Notes: a model not told the origin generated them from the sequence alone. A stretch of DNA of 53,561 bases from Candidatus Asbonarchaeum danakilense (GCA_034190465.1 JAXINV010000003.1:46047-99607); one strand, 5' to 3'. Positions 25,854 through 34,538 are shown, counted from the first letter of the stretch. Numbers and translations are program-made.

Positions 25854-26813
25854 ATGATCCGGCAGAAGGACGGCATCCACTTCCAGCTCAATGACACCAT
25901 CGTCGCGGACAGCAGGAGCGCGGAGGGCGACATCAACATCGTCACCCACGGCCACAGCGACCACGCACCGTCCAGCGACGGCAGCGTCGTCTGCTCCGAC
26001 GAAACCGCCAGGATCGTCGAGGAGCGGAATGACATCGACGTCGAGCACGTGGACGGCACCGACCGGATCGAACTGCACAGCGCCGGCCACATCGTCGGCT
26101 CGCGTGCAGCACTGATCCACGGCGAGGACGACATCCTCTACACAGGCGACGTCGCCACACGGGACCGCGCCTACTTGGACGGCTTCGAACCTATCGACGC
26201 GGACGTGCTCGTGACCGAGGCCACCTACGGCATCCCCGCCTACACCTTCCCGCCGCAGGACGAGATCGAGGAGCGTATCAGGCGGTGGATCACGGAACAG
26301 GACCGCCCACTCTTCCTGTTCGGCTACTCCCTGGGCAAGGCACAGAAGATCCAGCACCTCGCCCAGCAGGCCACCGAACAGCCGATCATCGCGCACGGCG
26401 CCGTCCACGCGATGAACCAGGTCGTCGGACAGGCCACCGACCTCACGTTCGACGCCGTGCCGTACAGCGAGAACAAAGAATTGGTCGAGAACGGCCTCTT
26501 CGTCCTCCCGTCGCGACTGTCCAGGGCCGACTGGGTCGACGAGCTCGCCGACGAACTGGACGCGGTCAAGGCCGGGTTCTCCGGCTGGGCGGCACAGGAC
26601 AGCTACCAGTACCGCGGCGGCTACGACGAGGCGTTCACTCTCTCCGACCACTGCGACTTCGACGAACTGATCGACCTCGTCGAACAGGTCGACCCCGACC
26701 GGGTCTACACCCAGCACGGCTTCGACGAGGCCCTGGCCTCCCGGCTGCGGAAGGAGCACCGGGTCAACGCCCGGCCGCTGAAGAAGAACCAGTCCTCCCT
26801 CACCGACTTCTAA
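25854..26813 (+). CDS. MBL-fold (beta-CASP-like) nuclease, resembling ligase-associated DNA-damage-response exonuclease
   Basis: VTHGHSDH, HSAGHIVGS, TEATYG, and the C-terminal LSDHCDFDEL...VYTQHG. Confidence 0.65.
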   Translation: MIRQKDGIHFQLNDTIVADSRSAEGDINIVTHGHSDHAPSSDGSVVCSDETARIVEERNDIDVEHVDGTDRIELHSAGHIVGSRAALIHGEDDILYTGDVATRDRAYLDGFEPIDADVLVTEATYGIPAYTFPPQDEIEERIRRWITEQDRPLFLFGYSLGKAQKIQHLAQQATEQPIIAHGAVHAMNQVVGQATDLTFDAVPYSENKELVENGLFVLPSRLSRADWVDELADELDAVKAGFSGWAAQDSYQYRGGYDEAFTLSDHCDFDELIDLVEQVDPDRVYTQHGFDEALASRLRKEHRVNARPLKKNQSSLTDF

Positions 26814-26844
26814 GTTTTTAAGCCAGCAGCGATAACGTTGCCGC

Positions 26845-27316
26845 ATGGTGCGGCGCCCCGATTTCGCGCTCGACGACGTCATGCAGCAGCTCGTCGGCGG
26901 TCGCAGATTTCTCGGTGAGAAATCTGCTCGAACAGCATTCAGAAGAATGCTGTGACTTCATCCTCGCCGGACCGTTCATCGTCACCGAAGAGGTCTGGAC
27001 CCTCGCCGGCAACATGGGGGCCATCCACACCGCCATCGCCAACCTGCTCGTGTTCGGTATCGGCTACGGGGCGCTGTTCAAGGCAGACCGGGGCCGCGAC
27101 GAGGAAGACGAAAACGACCTCCTCGGCATCCCGCTCAGGTTCATCTCACTGCTCCTCGTCACCTACGGCTCCGTCATCATCCTCGCTTTCCTGTTCACAG
27201 CACCAGAAACGTTCGGCTACGGCACCCTCACAGACTGGTACACCGTCCTCAGGGCGACCAGCGTCGCCGCGATCTTCAGCGTCGTCGGGGCAGCCACCGC
27301 CGACTCCGTCTTCTGA
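26845..27316 (+). pseudogene. TIGR02587/DUF2391-like membrane protein gene split over two frames by a 55-nt double-hairpin insertion (track ORF 26915-27316 is the downstream part)
   Basis: TATA TTTTTAAG (26815-26822) lies 23-30 nt upstream of ATG 26845. Frame 1 stops at 26953-26955. The +1 frame carries FILAGPFIVTEEVW and 3-4 TM helices. See the corresponding finding. Confidence 0.45.
26903..26953. repeat. two adjacent perfect hairpins (11-bp stem with 3-nt loop; 9-bp stem with 4-nt loop)
   Basis: GCAGATTTCTC-GGT-GAGAAATCTGC (26903-26927) and ACAGCATTC-AGAA-GAATGCTGT (26932-26953), separated by TCGA. Confidence 0.9.
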
Positions 27317-27352
27317 CCGGCAGCTAAAAATGTTGCGGCCCAAGCAGGGTGC

Positions 27353-28342
27353 ATGAGCGACGACGTCGACGAGTCACGGGACCACACACTGCCCGGCACG
27401 GACGGGGAACTCGACACCCCTGCGGTCGAGGGCTACAGCTTCGACGGAGACGTCTCCCTCTCAGAGCTGCTCGACTCCTACGAAACCACAGGCTTCCAGG
27501 CCACACATCTGCACGAAGCCATCCAGATCATCCGGAAAATGCAGGACGAGGACGCCAAAATATTCCTTACCTTCACGTCCAACATCATCTCCTCGGGACT
27601 ACGGGAGACCATCGCCTTCCTCGCCCGGGAAGACCTCGTCGATGTCATGATCACGACATCCGGCTCCCTCACCGAGGACGTCATCAAGACGATGAAGCCC
27701 TTCCGGATGGGCGAGTGGGACGCCGACGAGGCCGAGCTCCGCGAACAAGGCATCAACCGCCTCGGCAACATCTACGTCGAATCCGACTGCTACGTCAAAC
27801 TGGAGGAATGGCTGAACGAGGAGTTCTTCCCCGAGTTCTTCGACGAGGAGAAGCTTCGCACCCCGACAGAGGTCGCGGAGGGTCTCGGCGAACGGCTGGA
27901 CGACCACGACTCCTTCCTCAACCACGCCGCCGCCAATGACATCCCCGTCCACTGTCCCGCGCTGACCGACGCCGAGATCGGTAACTTCCTGTTCTACTAC
28001 CGCCAGGAACAGGACGAGGACATCGGCATCGAGATCCTGGACGACTGGGACAACCTCATCCACGAGGCGATGGACGCGGAGAAGACAGGCATCATCACCG
28101 TCGGCGCCGGCGTCCCCAAGCACCACGCCATCATGAGCAACCAGTTCCGTGGCGGGGCCGACTACGCCGTCTACATCTCGACAGGCATGGAAGGCGACGG
28201 CTCCCTCTCAGGCGCACCGCCGAACGAGGCCGTCTCCTGGGGCAAGATCAAGGAAGAAGACACCAACTACACCCAGGTCGAGGCAGAGGCCACACTCGTC
28301 CTCCCGTTGATCGTCGCCGGCGCGTTCAAGGACCTGGACTAG
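27353..28342 (+). CDS. dys: deoxyhypusine synthase
   Basis: TTGFQATHLHEAIQII, FLTFTSNIISSGLRE, GAGVPKHH and EAVSWGKI are DHS motifs. Confidence 0.85.
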   Translation: MSDDVDESRDHTLPGTDGELDTPAVEGYSFDGDVSLSELLDSYETTGFQATHLHEAIQIIRKMQDEDAKIFLTFTSNIISSGLRETIAFLAREDLVDVMITTSGSLTEDVIKTMKPFRMGEWDADEAELREQGINRLGNIYVESDCYVKLEEWLNEEFFPEFFDEEKLRTPTEVAEGLGERLDDHDSFLNHAAANDIPVHCPALTDAEIGNFLFYYRQEQDEDIGIEILDDWDNLIHEAMDAEKTGIITVGAGVPKHHAIMSNQFRGGADYAVYISTGMEGDGSLSGAPPNEAVSWGKIKEEDTNYTQVEAEATLVLPLIVAGAFKDLD

Positions 28343-29136
28343 CTCGCCGCATCGGAGAACGTGTAAGACTGCTCCACCACGACCTCGTAGTCCGCGTCGA
28401 CCACATCACCGAGCGCGTCCAGGTACTCCTGCATCTCCTCAAGGTAGTCAGGCGTCGCCGCCTCGGGCTCGTCGAGATAGGTGTCGTCGAACAGCTCGTC
28501 GTACGTGAACGTCCTGTCGGTGTCGTACCGTGACGGCCCCTCGTACACCGCCGTCTCGCCGTAGACGTCCGGCTCCATGACGTACTCCGCGACCAGCTCC
28601 TCGTCGATCCCGAGGTCCTCATCCAGGTCCAGCCCGAGCTCGTCCAGCGTGTCCTCGAACCTGCGGGTCTCGTACGGGTAGAAGTACCGGCCCTTCCGCT
28701 CGCCACCCGGCACCAGCCGGTTGGTCAGCGCCTGGGTCATGCCCTCGCGGAGGTCGTTCGGCGCGCTCTGCTGGTACTCGGACAGCAGCTCCGCCAGCTC
28801 GTCCGACACACCGAACTTCTCCTGGAACTCCTCGCCGAGATCCTTCTTCACCTGCGTGCCCTCCAGAATCTCGTGCGCCGCGGTGACAAGCTGCTGATCC
28901 TCCGGCAGGTAGAAGAACGAATCGTTCGCCACGAACTCGGCGTGCGAGCCGTAGACCGGATCGTCGTAGAGCCGGGTCGCGGCCGGCACGTTGTCAGGGA
29001 GCGACGGATCGACGGTTATGTCGTCGAAGACATCAGAATCAAGCCCTGTAACATCTTCTGCCTGGTCCAGCGTCTCCTCGATCGTGTCCGTCGACGCTGT
29101 GTCGCTGCCGTACCGGCCGTGGCTGCCACCGAGCAT
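28339..29136 (-). CDS. hypothetical acidic protein (265 aa)
   Basis: ATG 29136 has GGAGG 5 nt upstream. The track start at 29163 is TTG. No motif recognised. Confidence 0.55.
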   Translation of the reverse strand: MLGGSHGRYGSDTASTDTIEETLDQAEDVTGLDSDVFDDITVDPSLPDNVPAATRLYDDPVYGSHAEFVANDSFFYLPEDQQLVTAAHEILEGTQVKKDLGEEFQEKFGVSDELAELLSEYQQSAPNDLREGMTQALTNRLVPGGERKGRYFYPYETRRFEDTLDELGLDLDEDLGIDEELVAEYVMEPDVYGETAVYEGPSRYDTDRTFTYDELFDDTYLDEPEAATPDYLEEMQEYLDALGDVVDADYEVVVEQSYTFSDAAS

Positions 29137-29182
29137 GTATGCCTCCTTCACGCCAGTATACAAAAAACGTCGGGTCGTCAGG

Positions 29183-29190
29183 ATTTAAAT
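29183..29190. promoter_or_regulatory. palindromic TATA-like box ATTTAAAT in a divergent spacer
   Basis: Lies 24-31 nt upstream of ATG 29214 (plus strand) and 47-54 nt upstream of the SD-led ATG 29136 (minus strand). Confidence 0.45.
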
Positions 29191-29213
29191 TGAGCGAACC
29201 CCTATACACCGCC

Positions 29214-29453
29214 ATGGGGATCATCGGGAGCATCACCGGGTTCATCGGCTGCGGTCTCGTCACCACCGTCATGAACCTGTTCACAAGTATCACCACCGGG
29301 CTGCTGGGTAGCTTCGGTGGCGGCAGCATCGGCGGCTTCCTCCTCCCCGGCATCCTGCTCCTCATCCTGTTCCAGTTCTCAAAGGGTCACGCGATCCTCC
29401 TGACACTGATCTTCGGCATCTCCATCGCGATGTGCGGCGCTTCACCCATCTGA
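29214..29453 (+). CDS. small Gly-rich membrane protein (79 aa)
   Basis: MGIIGSITGFIGCGLV...GSFGGGSIGGFLLPG..., 3 hydrophobic segments. Start set from the TATA spacing. Confidence 0.5.
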   Translation: MGIIGSITGFIGCGLVTTVMNLFTSITTGLLGSFGGGSIGGFLLPGILLLILFQFSKGHAILLTLIFGISIAMCGASPI

Positions 29454-30479
29454 GCTTTCAGCATCGCGCATATGCACGTCACGCTGCGGGAACGGGATCT
29501 CGATGCCTTCCTCATCGAGGCGCTTGTAGATCGCCTGGTTCAGCCTGTCCCGGGCCACAACGTCCTGCAGCGGTTCATCCACCCAGCAGAGAAGTGAGTA
29601 CTGCAGCGCCGAGTCTCCGAACTGCCTGAACCGGGTCCTGGGCTCCGGCTCCTCACGCACAGTCTCTTCCTGTGACGCGATATCGAGTAACACCTCCTCA
29701 AGCCGGCCGATATCAGTGCCGTACGCGACACCGACCGAGACATCGATCCGCTTGTGCTGCTCAGGGGCTGACTCGTTGACAATCCGGGCGCTGTTCAGCA
29801 CGGAGTTCGGCACGGTCAGCAGCACGTCATCCCTCGTCTTCAGCGTCGTGCTCCGTATCCCGACATCCGTCACCGTCCCCGCCTGGCCGGAGTCCAGCAT
29901 CACGTAGTCCCCGATCTTGTACGTGTCATCGAAGTACAGCGCCAGCCCGCCGAAAAAGTTGGCGACCGTGTCCTTCGCCGCGAAGCCGACCGCGATACCT
30001 GCGATGCCGGCAGATGCCAGCAGCGGTGTTACATCGATGTTCCAGTAAGTAAGAAGGGCGAACAAACCGCCGAGGAGGATGACGAACGTCCACAGGTTCT
30101 CGAAAACAGGTGCGAGATCGCTCTTGAACCGTGCATGCTGCTGCGACTCCCGGACAATATGTCGACCCGTCCGTATCAAGGCCAGCGACCAGTACACCGT
30201 CACGATGCTCAGGGTGCCGGATTCCAGCACGAAACGGGTCAGCCCATCCAGCACAAGCACCTTCGCCGACAGCATGATGCCGACCAGCGCGACCGAGAGA
30301 TAAAGCGGGCGGCGGATATGGTCGTGGATGATATCATCGATACTGCTATCCGTCACGGAGACCGCTCGACGTATCAACCGTCCCAGTACGACCTGGACCG
30401 CCTTTGCCCCCACCAACGAACCCGCAACACCGAGAAGAAACTGCTGGACCGGGGGCAAAGAGGTGAACGCAGGGAGCAT
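29442..30479 (-). CDS. mscS: mechanosensitive ion channel, MscS family
   Basis: GFAAKDTVANFFGGLALYFDDTYKIGDYV...GTVTDVGIRSTTLKT..D...VPNS. Confidence 0.8.
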   Translation of the reverse strand: MLPAFTSLPPVQQFLLGVAGSLVGAKAVQVVLGRLIRRAVSVTDSSIDDIIHDHIRRPLYLSVALVGIMLSAKVLVLDGLTRFVLESGTLSIVTVYWSLALIRTGRHIVRESQQHARFKSDLAPVFENLWTFVILLGGLFALLTYWNIDVTPLLASAGIAGIAVGFAAKDTVANFFGGLALYFDDTYKIGDYVMLDSGQAGTVTDVGIRSTTLKTRDDVLLTVPNSVLNSARIVNESAPEQHKRIDVSVGVAYGTDIGRLEEVLLDIASQEETVREEPEPRTRFRQFGDSALQYSLLCWVDEPLQDVVARDRLNQAIYKRLDEEGIEIPFPQRDVHMRDAESSDG

Positions 30480-30564
30480 ACCTTACTACACACAATGCAC
30501 CAATAAAAACCTGGCGCCGTCAGCAGCCCATTTTATTAAATACTCGGCTCCAGTGTTTGGCACC

Positions 30565-31032
30565 ATGCGGCGGTACATCCTCTCCCTGGTCAACACCATC
30601 CAGAACTGGGCAAGCGCGAGCAGGGTTGAACGGGAGCACGTGCGTCGTTCATTCTGGATTTCCCTCAGCCTCCTCCTCATCCCTCTCGGCTCAACGGCAG
30701 CATTGTTCGCTGCTTTCCATGGGGAGAGCTGGGTCATCTACATCGGATTCGTCCTCTTCTTCTCAGGTTACAGACTCGCCCAATACGGGATCTATGAACG
30801 GAAAACAGGTCAATGGCTCCCGAAACAACCAGTGCGGCTTATCACCGATATTGATATCCTGAGCAAAGAGACAGCGATGATCTTGGGAGGCGGGGCCGCG
30901 ATCTCCTACGGGTTCAAAGCCCTGACACAGAGCCTCACCGCATCCCGTCCAGCAGTCGCCATCGGGGCTGCCATGCTGATACTCGCCGGCTACATGGTCG
31001 CGCACCTGGCGACCAACAACACGCTGATCTAA
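30565..31032 (+). CDS. membrane protein, tandem paralog A (155 aa)
   Basis: TTTTATTAAATA (30531-30542) lies 23-34 nt upstream of ATG 30565. Ends ILAGYMVAHLATNNTLI. Confidence 0.5.
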   Translation: MRRYILSLVNTIQNWASASRVEREHVRRSFWISLSLLLIPLGSTAALFAAFHGESWVIYIGFVLFFSGYRLAQYGIYERKTGQWLPKQPVRLITDIDILSKETAMILGGGAAISYGFKALTQSLTASRPAVAIGAAMLILAGYMVAHLATNNTLI

Positions 31033-31033
31033 G

Positions 31034-31438
31034 ATGACACAGACATCCCAAAGCTATAACAGTAAAAAACGGGCACTCGGGTTCTACGGAGGGCTCGCAG
31101 GTCTCAGCATATCGATCGCATGGGGGCTCCTCGCAGCGAAACAGGGACACCCCCTCCAGGCCTGGACGTCCATGACAATCGCCTGGAGCGGGTACCTGGT
31201 CTCCCACTACGCCGAAACAGGGCGCTGCATCGATCCCAAGTACAGAGAGCCACAGGTCCCTGAGGACACCAGCAACATCAGCGGCTCGCTGATAGGGATT
31301 GTCACCCTCCTCATCGGCGTCATCGTGGCAGCAAACGGACTCCACAGCACCGACTTCCTGCTCACCGTCCTCGGGTCAACGCTCTTCGTCGCCGGCTACA
31401 TGATTGCGCACCACTCGATGACCGACCTTCTCCTCTAG
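31034..31438 (+). CDS. membrane protein, tandem paralog B (134 aa)
   Basis: Starts 1 nt after paralog A. Ends FVAGYMIAHHSMTDLLL, with the same TM layout. Confidence 0.5.
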   Translation: MTQTSQSYNSKKRALGFYGGLAGLSISIAWGLLAAKQGHPLQAWTSMTIAWSGYLVSHYAETGRCIDPKYREPQVPEDTSNISGSLIGIVTLLIGVIVAANGLHSTDFLLTVLGSTLFVAGYMIAHHSMTDLLL

Positions 31439-32946
31439 GCATAGGTCTTCCCGACCTGTTCGCCCTCATCGACCTCTTCCTCGAGCTCATCGAGCGCATC
31501 CTCAAAGTCATCCATCGTCACGCCGCGGACCTCATCGCCTTCATCACGGTCGAACGCATACTCAGTCGCCTCCGTGACCAGGTACTCCAGATCCGCGCCC
31601 GTCTTACCCTCGGTCGCTGAAGCGAGCTCATCGAGGTCGACATCCTCGGTCAACGGCTTATCCTCAGTGTGGATCTCCAAGATGTCGCGGCGTCCCTCGT
31701 AGTCCGGGGCATCGACCTCGAACTGCTTCTCGATCCGTCCCGGTCGGAGCAGCGCGTCATCGACCTGGTCGAGGCGGTTGGTTGCCGCCATGACCGTCAC
31801 GTCGTCCATCTCCTCGAGCCCGTCGATATTCTCCAGCAGCGTCGCGACCGCGCGGTCCATCACACTGTTGCCCGCATCGCCACCCCGCTGCTGGCCGACA
31901 GCCTCGAACTCGTCGAGGAAGACGATCGAGTGCTCGTCTTCTTCCTTCGCATCCTCAAAGATCTGGTTGACAGATGCCTCAGTCTCACCGACCCACTTCG
32001 ACGTGAAGTCGTTGATGCTGGCGGAGTAGAACGGCATGTCCGCCTCCGAGGCCAGCGTCTTCGCCGTGAGCGTCTTCCCGGTGCCAGGCGGCCCGTACAA
32101 CAGGACGCCGCTCGGCACGTCGAGACCGTATTCCTCGGCCTTCTCAGGGTTCTCGATCCTCTCCAGCAACTGGGACTGGAGCGTGTGCTTGACATCTTCT
32201 AAGCCCCCAATATCGTCCCAGCTGTAGCCGTCCAGCTCCTTCCGGAACCGGGACGAGGAACTGTTCTCCTCATCCTCCTCGATCTGGGCGTCAAGCGCCT
32301 CGTACAGCCCCTCGATCTCCTCCTGTTCCGTCGAATGGATCGTGAACGCAATATTGCTACCCTTCCCACTGACATGAAGCTTCAACGGGCCTTCTTCGCC
32401 TTCGATGTCGAAGTGACCTTCGCTGTAGAACGTCTCACCGTCGCTGGTCATCCCCTGCTTGACATCACCCGACCGCTCAACGTTCTCCTCACCGTACAGC
32501 TCCTTGAGCCCCTCTTCCAAATTAGTAAACGCACCAGGCTCACTGTATGCCGTCGAAAAGGTAATCGTGTCTTCGTCCGCAGGCAGGAAACGGGCATCCT
32601 CATCCTCATCGTTCCGGACGAGATCATAGACATCGATGACCGGGTCCACTTGATCTGCCTCGATCCGGATGTCGAACTTACCGCCCCCGCGGGCATCCTT
32701 CTCGGAGACGTACAAAGAAGCGCCTTCACCGATATCGATGTCAACTGTCGCTTCCTTCAGGTATTCTCGCCCGTCAGGTAGGACACCGTCCTCATAACGC
32801 TCCGTGCGTCGGTCCTCATACGCTGAGAAGGAAAGATTCTCCTCACCGTACCGTTGCTCCAGCGACTCGCGGAGCCCTACGAAGTTCTCTGCCCCTTCAA
32901 CCGTCTCCGTCAACACCTTGTCCGGATTTTCGGGAATTTTAATCAC
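31435..32946 (-). CDS. AAA+ ATPase (single Cdc48-D2-like domain) with a duplicated acidic N-terminal module
   Basis: LLYGPPGTGKT, IVFLDEFEA, VDDALLRPGRIEK. GTG start immediately after an in-frame TAG. TTTATC lies about 28-33 nt upstream. Confidence 0.8.
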   Translation of the reverse strand: MIKIPENPDKVLTETVEGAENFVGLRESLEQRYGEENLSFSAYEDRRTERYEDGVLPDGREYLKEATVDIDIGEGASLYVSEKDARGGGKFDIRIEADQVDPVIDVYDLVRNDEDEDARFLPADEDTITFSTAYSEPGAFTNLEEGLKELYGEENVERSGDVKQGMTSDGETFYSEGHFDIEGEEGPLKLHVSGKGSNIAFTIHSTEQEEIEGLYEALDAQIEEDEENSSSSRFRKELDGYSWDDIGGLEDVKHTLQSQLLERIENPEKAEEYGLDVPSGVLLYGPPGTGKTLTAKTLASEADMPFYSASINDFTSKWVGETEASVNQIFEDAKEEDEHSIVFLDEFEAVGQQRGGDAGNSVMDRAVATLLENIDGLEEMDDVTVMAATNRLDQVDDALLRPGRIEKQFEVDAPDYEGRRDILEIHTEDKPLTEDVDLDELASATEGKTGADLEYLVTEATEYAFDRDEGDEVRGVTMDDFEDALDELEEEVDEGEQVGKTYA

Positions 32947-33025
32947 CTACGCCCTTTAGCAAACATTTGTTAGGATAAACTAATAAAAACTTAATGGGTC
33001 TTGCAGCATCGGGAGTTAACAGGTG

Positions 33026-33094
33026 TGAAGAAAAACGGCGGCCAGGCACACCCGGGATCGGTCGGGAAAGACGATCCGGCACAGATAGGAAAAA
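33026..33094 (-). terminator. candidate terminator: T5 run, hairpin, T5 run downstream of the pentapeptide-repeat gene
   Basis: On the minus strand there is TTTTT at 33094-33090 (33 nt after the stop), a 6-bp GC-rich hairpin at 33055-33060/33072-33077, and a second TTTTT at 33035-33031. Confidence 0.35.
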
Positions 33095-33126
33095 CAGACT
33101 GCAGATCCTATGAACCAGGGCCGATG

Positions 33127-33840
33127 TCACAGATACCCGGCAAACGCCTCGCCCCGGTCCGTCAACTCGTACGTCTCCGCGTCGAACAGCTTTTTCCGCT
33201 GCAGCGAGCCGGCAGCACCAGCATACCGCGGATCAGTGGACGTTTTCTCATCGAAACTGCCGTCCAGGACCGCATACATCGCGTCCCGCTCCAGCAGTGT
33301 CGTCTCCTGGTAGACTGTGATGCCTTCCAACCCCTCCGGCACCTCGTCGAACACGGTGCCCTCGTCGACCACGAAGCCGTAGTCCTGGTCCACCTGCAGC
33401 TCGCCGACGGACGCGCCTGAGAGATCGAACTCCTCGACGGCCGCGTCCTCCACGTGCAGCAGATCCACAGCCGCTCCCGAGAGATCAACCGTGTCGAACT
33501 CCGCGCGGGAGAACTCCGCCCGGTCACGGACCGCTGTCCCGCGGGCGATGAGGTCGTCCCCGTCCGCGCTGCGGAGGTACAGGTTGTCCATCGAGCCGTG
33601 CGAGACATCGACCTCCGCGTCAAACGACCCCGACCAGGCGTAGACGTTGTCCTCGACCTCGACACCCATCATGTCCAGCTTGCGCGCATCGAGATCCACA
33701 GAACGCATATCCACGCCGCCGACAGACCGCCGTGGCATGCCGAGATAGGCAACATCGGCCTCCTCGTGCCCCAGGTCGATCTTTTCGTCGGTGTCCTCGT
33801 TCAGCTGGACGTAGTCGGTGTCGTCGAAATCAGGCTCCAT
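33127..33840 (-). CDS. acidic pentapeptide-repeat protein
   Basis: AEFSR-AEFDT-VDLSG-AAVDL-LHVED-AAVEE-FDLSG-ASVGE-LQVDQ shows 5-residue periodicity with a central F/L/V. ATG 33840 follows TTGATAA by about 35 nt. Confidence 0.5.
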   Translation of the reverse strand: MEPDFDDTDYVQLNEDTDEKIDLGHEEADVAYLGMPRRSVGGVDMRSVDLDARKLDMMGVEVEDNVYAWSGSFDAEVDVSHGSMDNLYLRSADGDDLIARGTAVRDRAEFSRAEFDTVDLSGAAVDLLHVEDAAVEEFDLSGASVGELQVDQDYGFVVDEGTVFDEVPEGLEGITVYQETTLLERDAMYAVLDGSFDEKTSTDPRYAGAAGSLQRKKLFDAETYELTDRGEAFAGYL

Positions 33841-33922
33841 TACGAACCCCGCCACCGGTACGGCCTCCGACACTTATCAACCTGTCCACGCGCCGGAGAA
33901 CCAGCTCACACGTGTGAACCTG

Positions 33923-34468
33923 TCAGGTCGAACACCACTCCGCGTACTCAGAGTCCTTCCGGCGGAGCAAGGTCGTGACGTACCCGTTCTCCATCATATC
34001 CTGCTCCTCGACACCGACTGAGGCAAGCACCTCCTTCGCCTCCTCGACCGACGTCTGATCCGGGTCCAGCTTCACCTCGATGAAATGGCCGAGATCCTCG
34101 ATCGAATCGATGTGGAACCGCATCCCGTCCAGGCGGTACGAGCGGCGGGTCTTCGACACCTCAAGCACCCGGTCCAGCCCCATCCGCTCAAAGATCTTCT
34201 TCGCCGCCTCAGGGTCGTTGATGATCGTCTCGTACTCCTCCCACATCCCGTCCTCAAGCTCCGACTTGTAATTGATCATCATCGTACTGTCCTGCTCACG
34301 GACGCGGACCAGGAAGAACCGGCCAAGATCCTCGTACAGATCGATCAACCCGAAATACGTGTCACGCTGCTCGATGACATCGATCTCGCGTGCACCCGCC
34401 TCCTCGATCAGGCGTTCCGCCACATCGTCCGGATCATCGATCGTCGCCCGCAGTTCCTGTTGTGCCAC
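33923..34468 (-). CDS. CYTH-domain protein (CyaB-type class IV adenylate cyclase / triphosphatase fold)
   Basis: ELRATI near the N-terminus, FLVRVRE, RRSYRLDGMRFHIDSIEDLGHFIEVK. GTG 34468 has GGTGAT 3 nt upstream. Confidence 0.7.
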   Translation of the reverse strand: MAQQELRATIDDPDDVAERLIEEAGAREIDVIEQRDTYFGLIDLYEDLGRFFLVRVREQDSTMMINYKSELEDGMWEEYETIINDPEAAKKIFERMGLDRVLEVSKTRRSYRLDGMRFHIDSIEDLGHFIEVKLDPDQTSVEEAKEVLASVGVEEQDMMENGYVTTLLRRKDSEYAEWCST

Positions 34469-34538
34469 CAATCATCACCTGGATGGCAACCCTTGTCCGG
34501 GCAGACTTAAAAGCCTTGTCAGGGCCTGCAGCCCCCCC

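Noticed and set aside
26902-26956. Possibility that the 55-nt insert in the membrane-protein gene is a BHB-type mRNA intron cut by the tRNA splicing endonuclease.
   Set aside because: I tried to fold the junctions. Each end is locked in its own perfect hairpin, and I could only find 3 bp between the intron ends. There are no 3-nt bulges separated by a 4-bp helix. The idea is kept only as a remote option in the corresponding finding.
29136-29216. A second perfectly symmetric bidirectional leaderless promoter around ATTTAAAT (29183-29190), which would need the TTG 29163 start from the track.
   Set aside because: TTG is an unlikely leaderless start. ATG 29136 has a strong GGAGG 5 nt upstream, so the minus-strand gene is more likely SD-led from the same TATA region.
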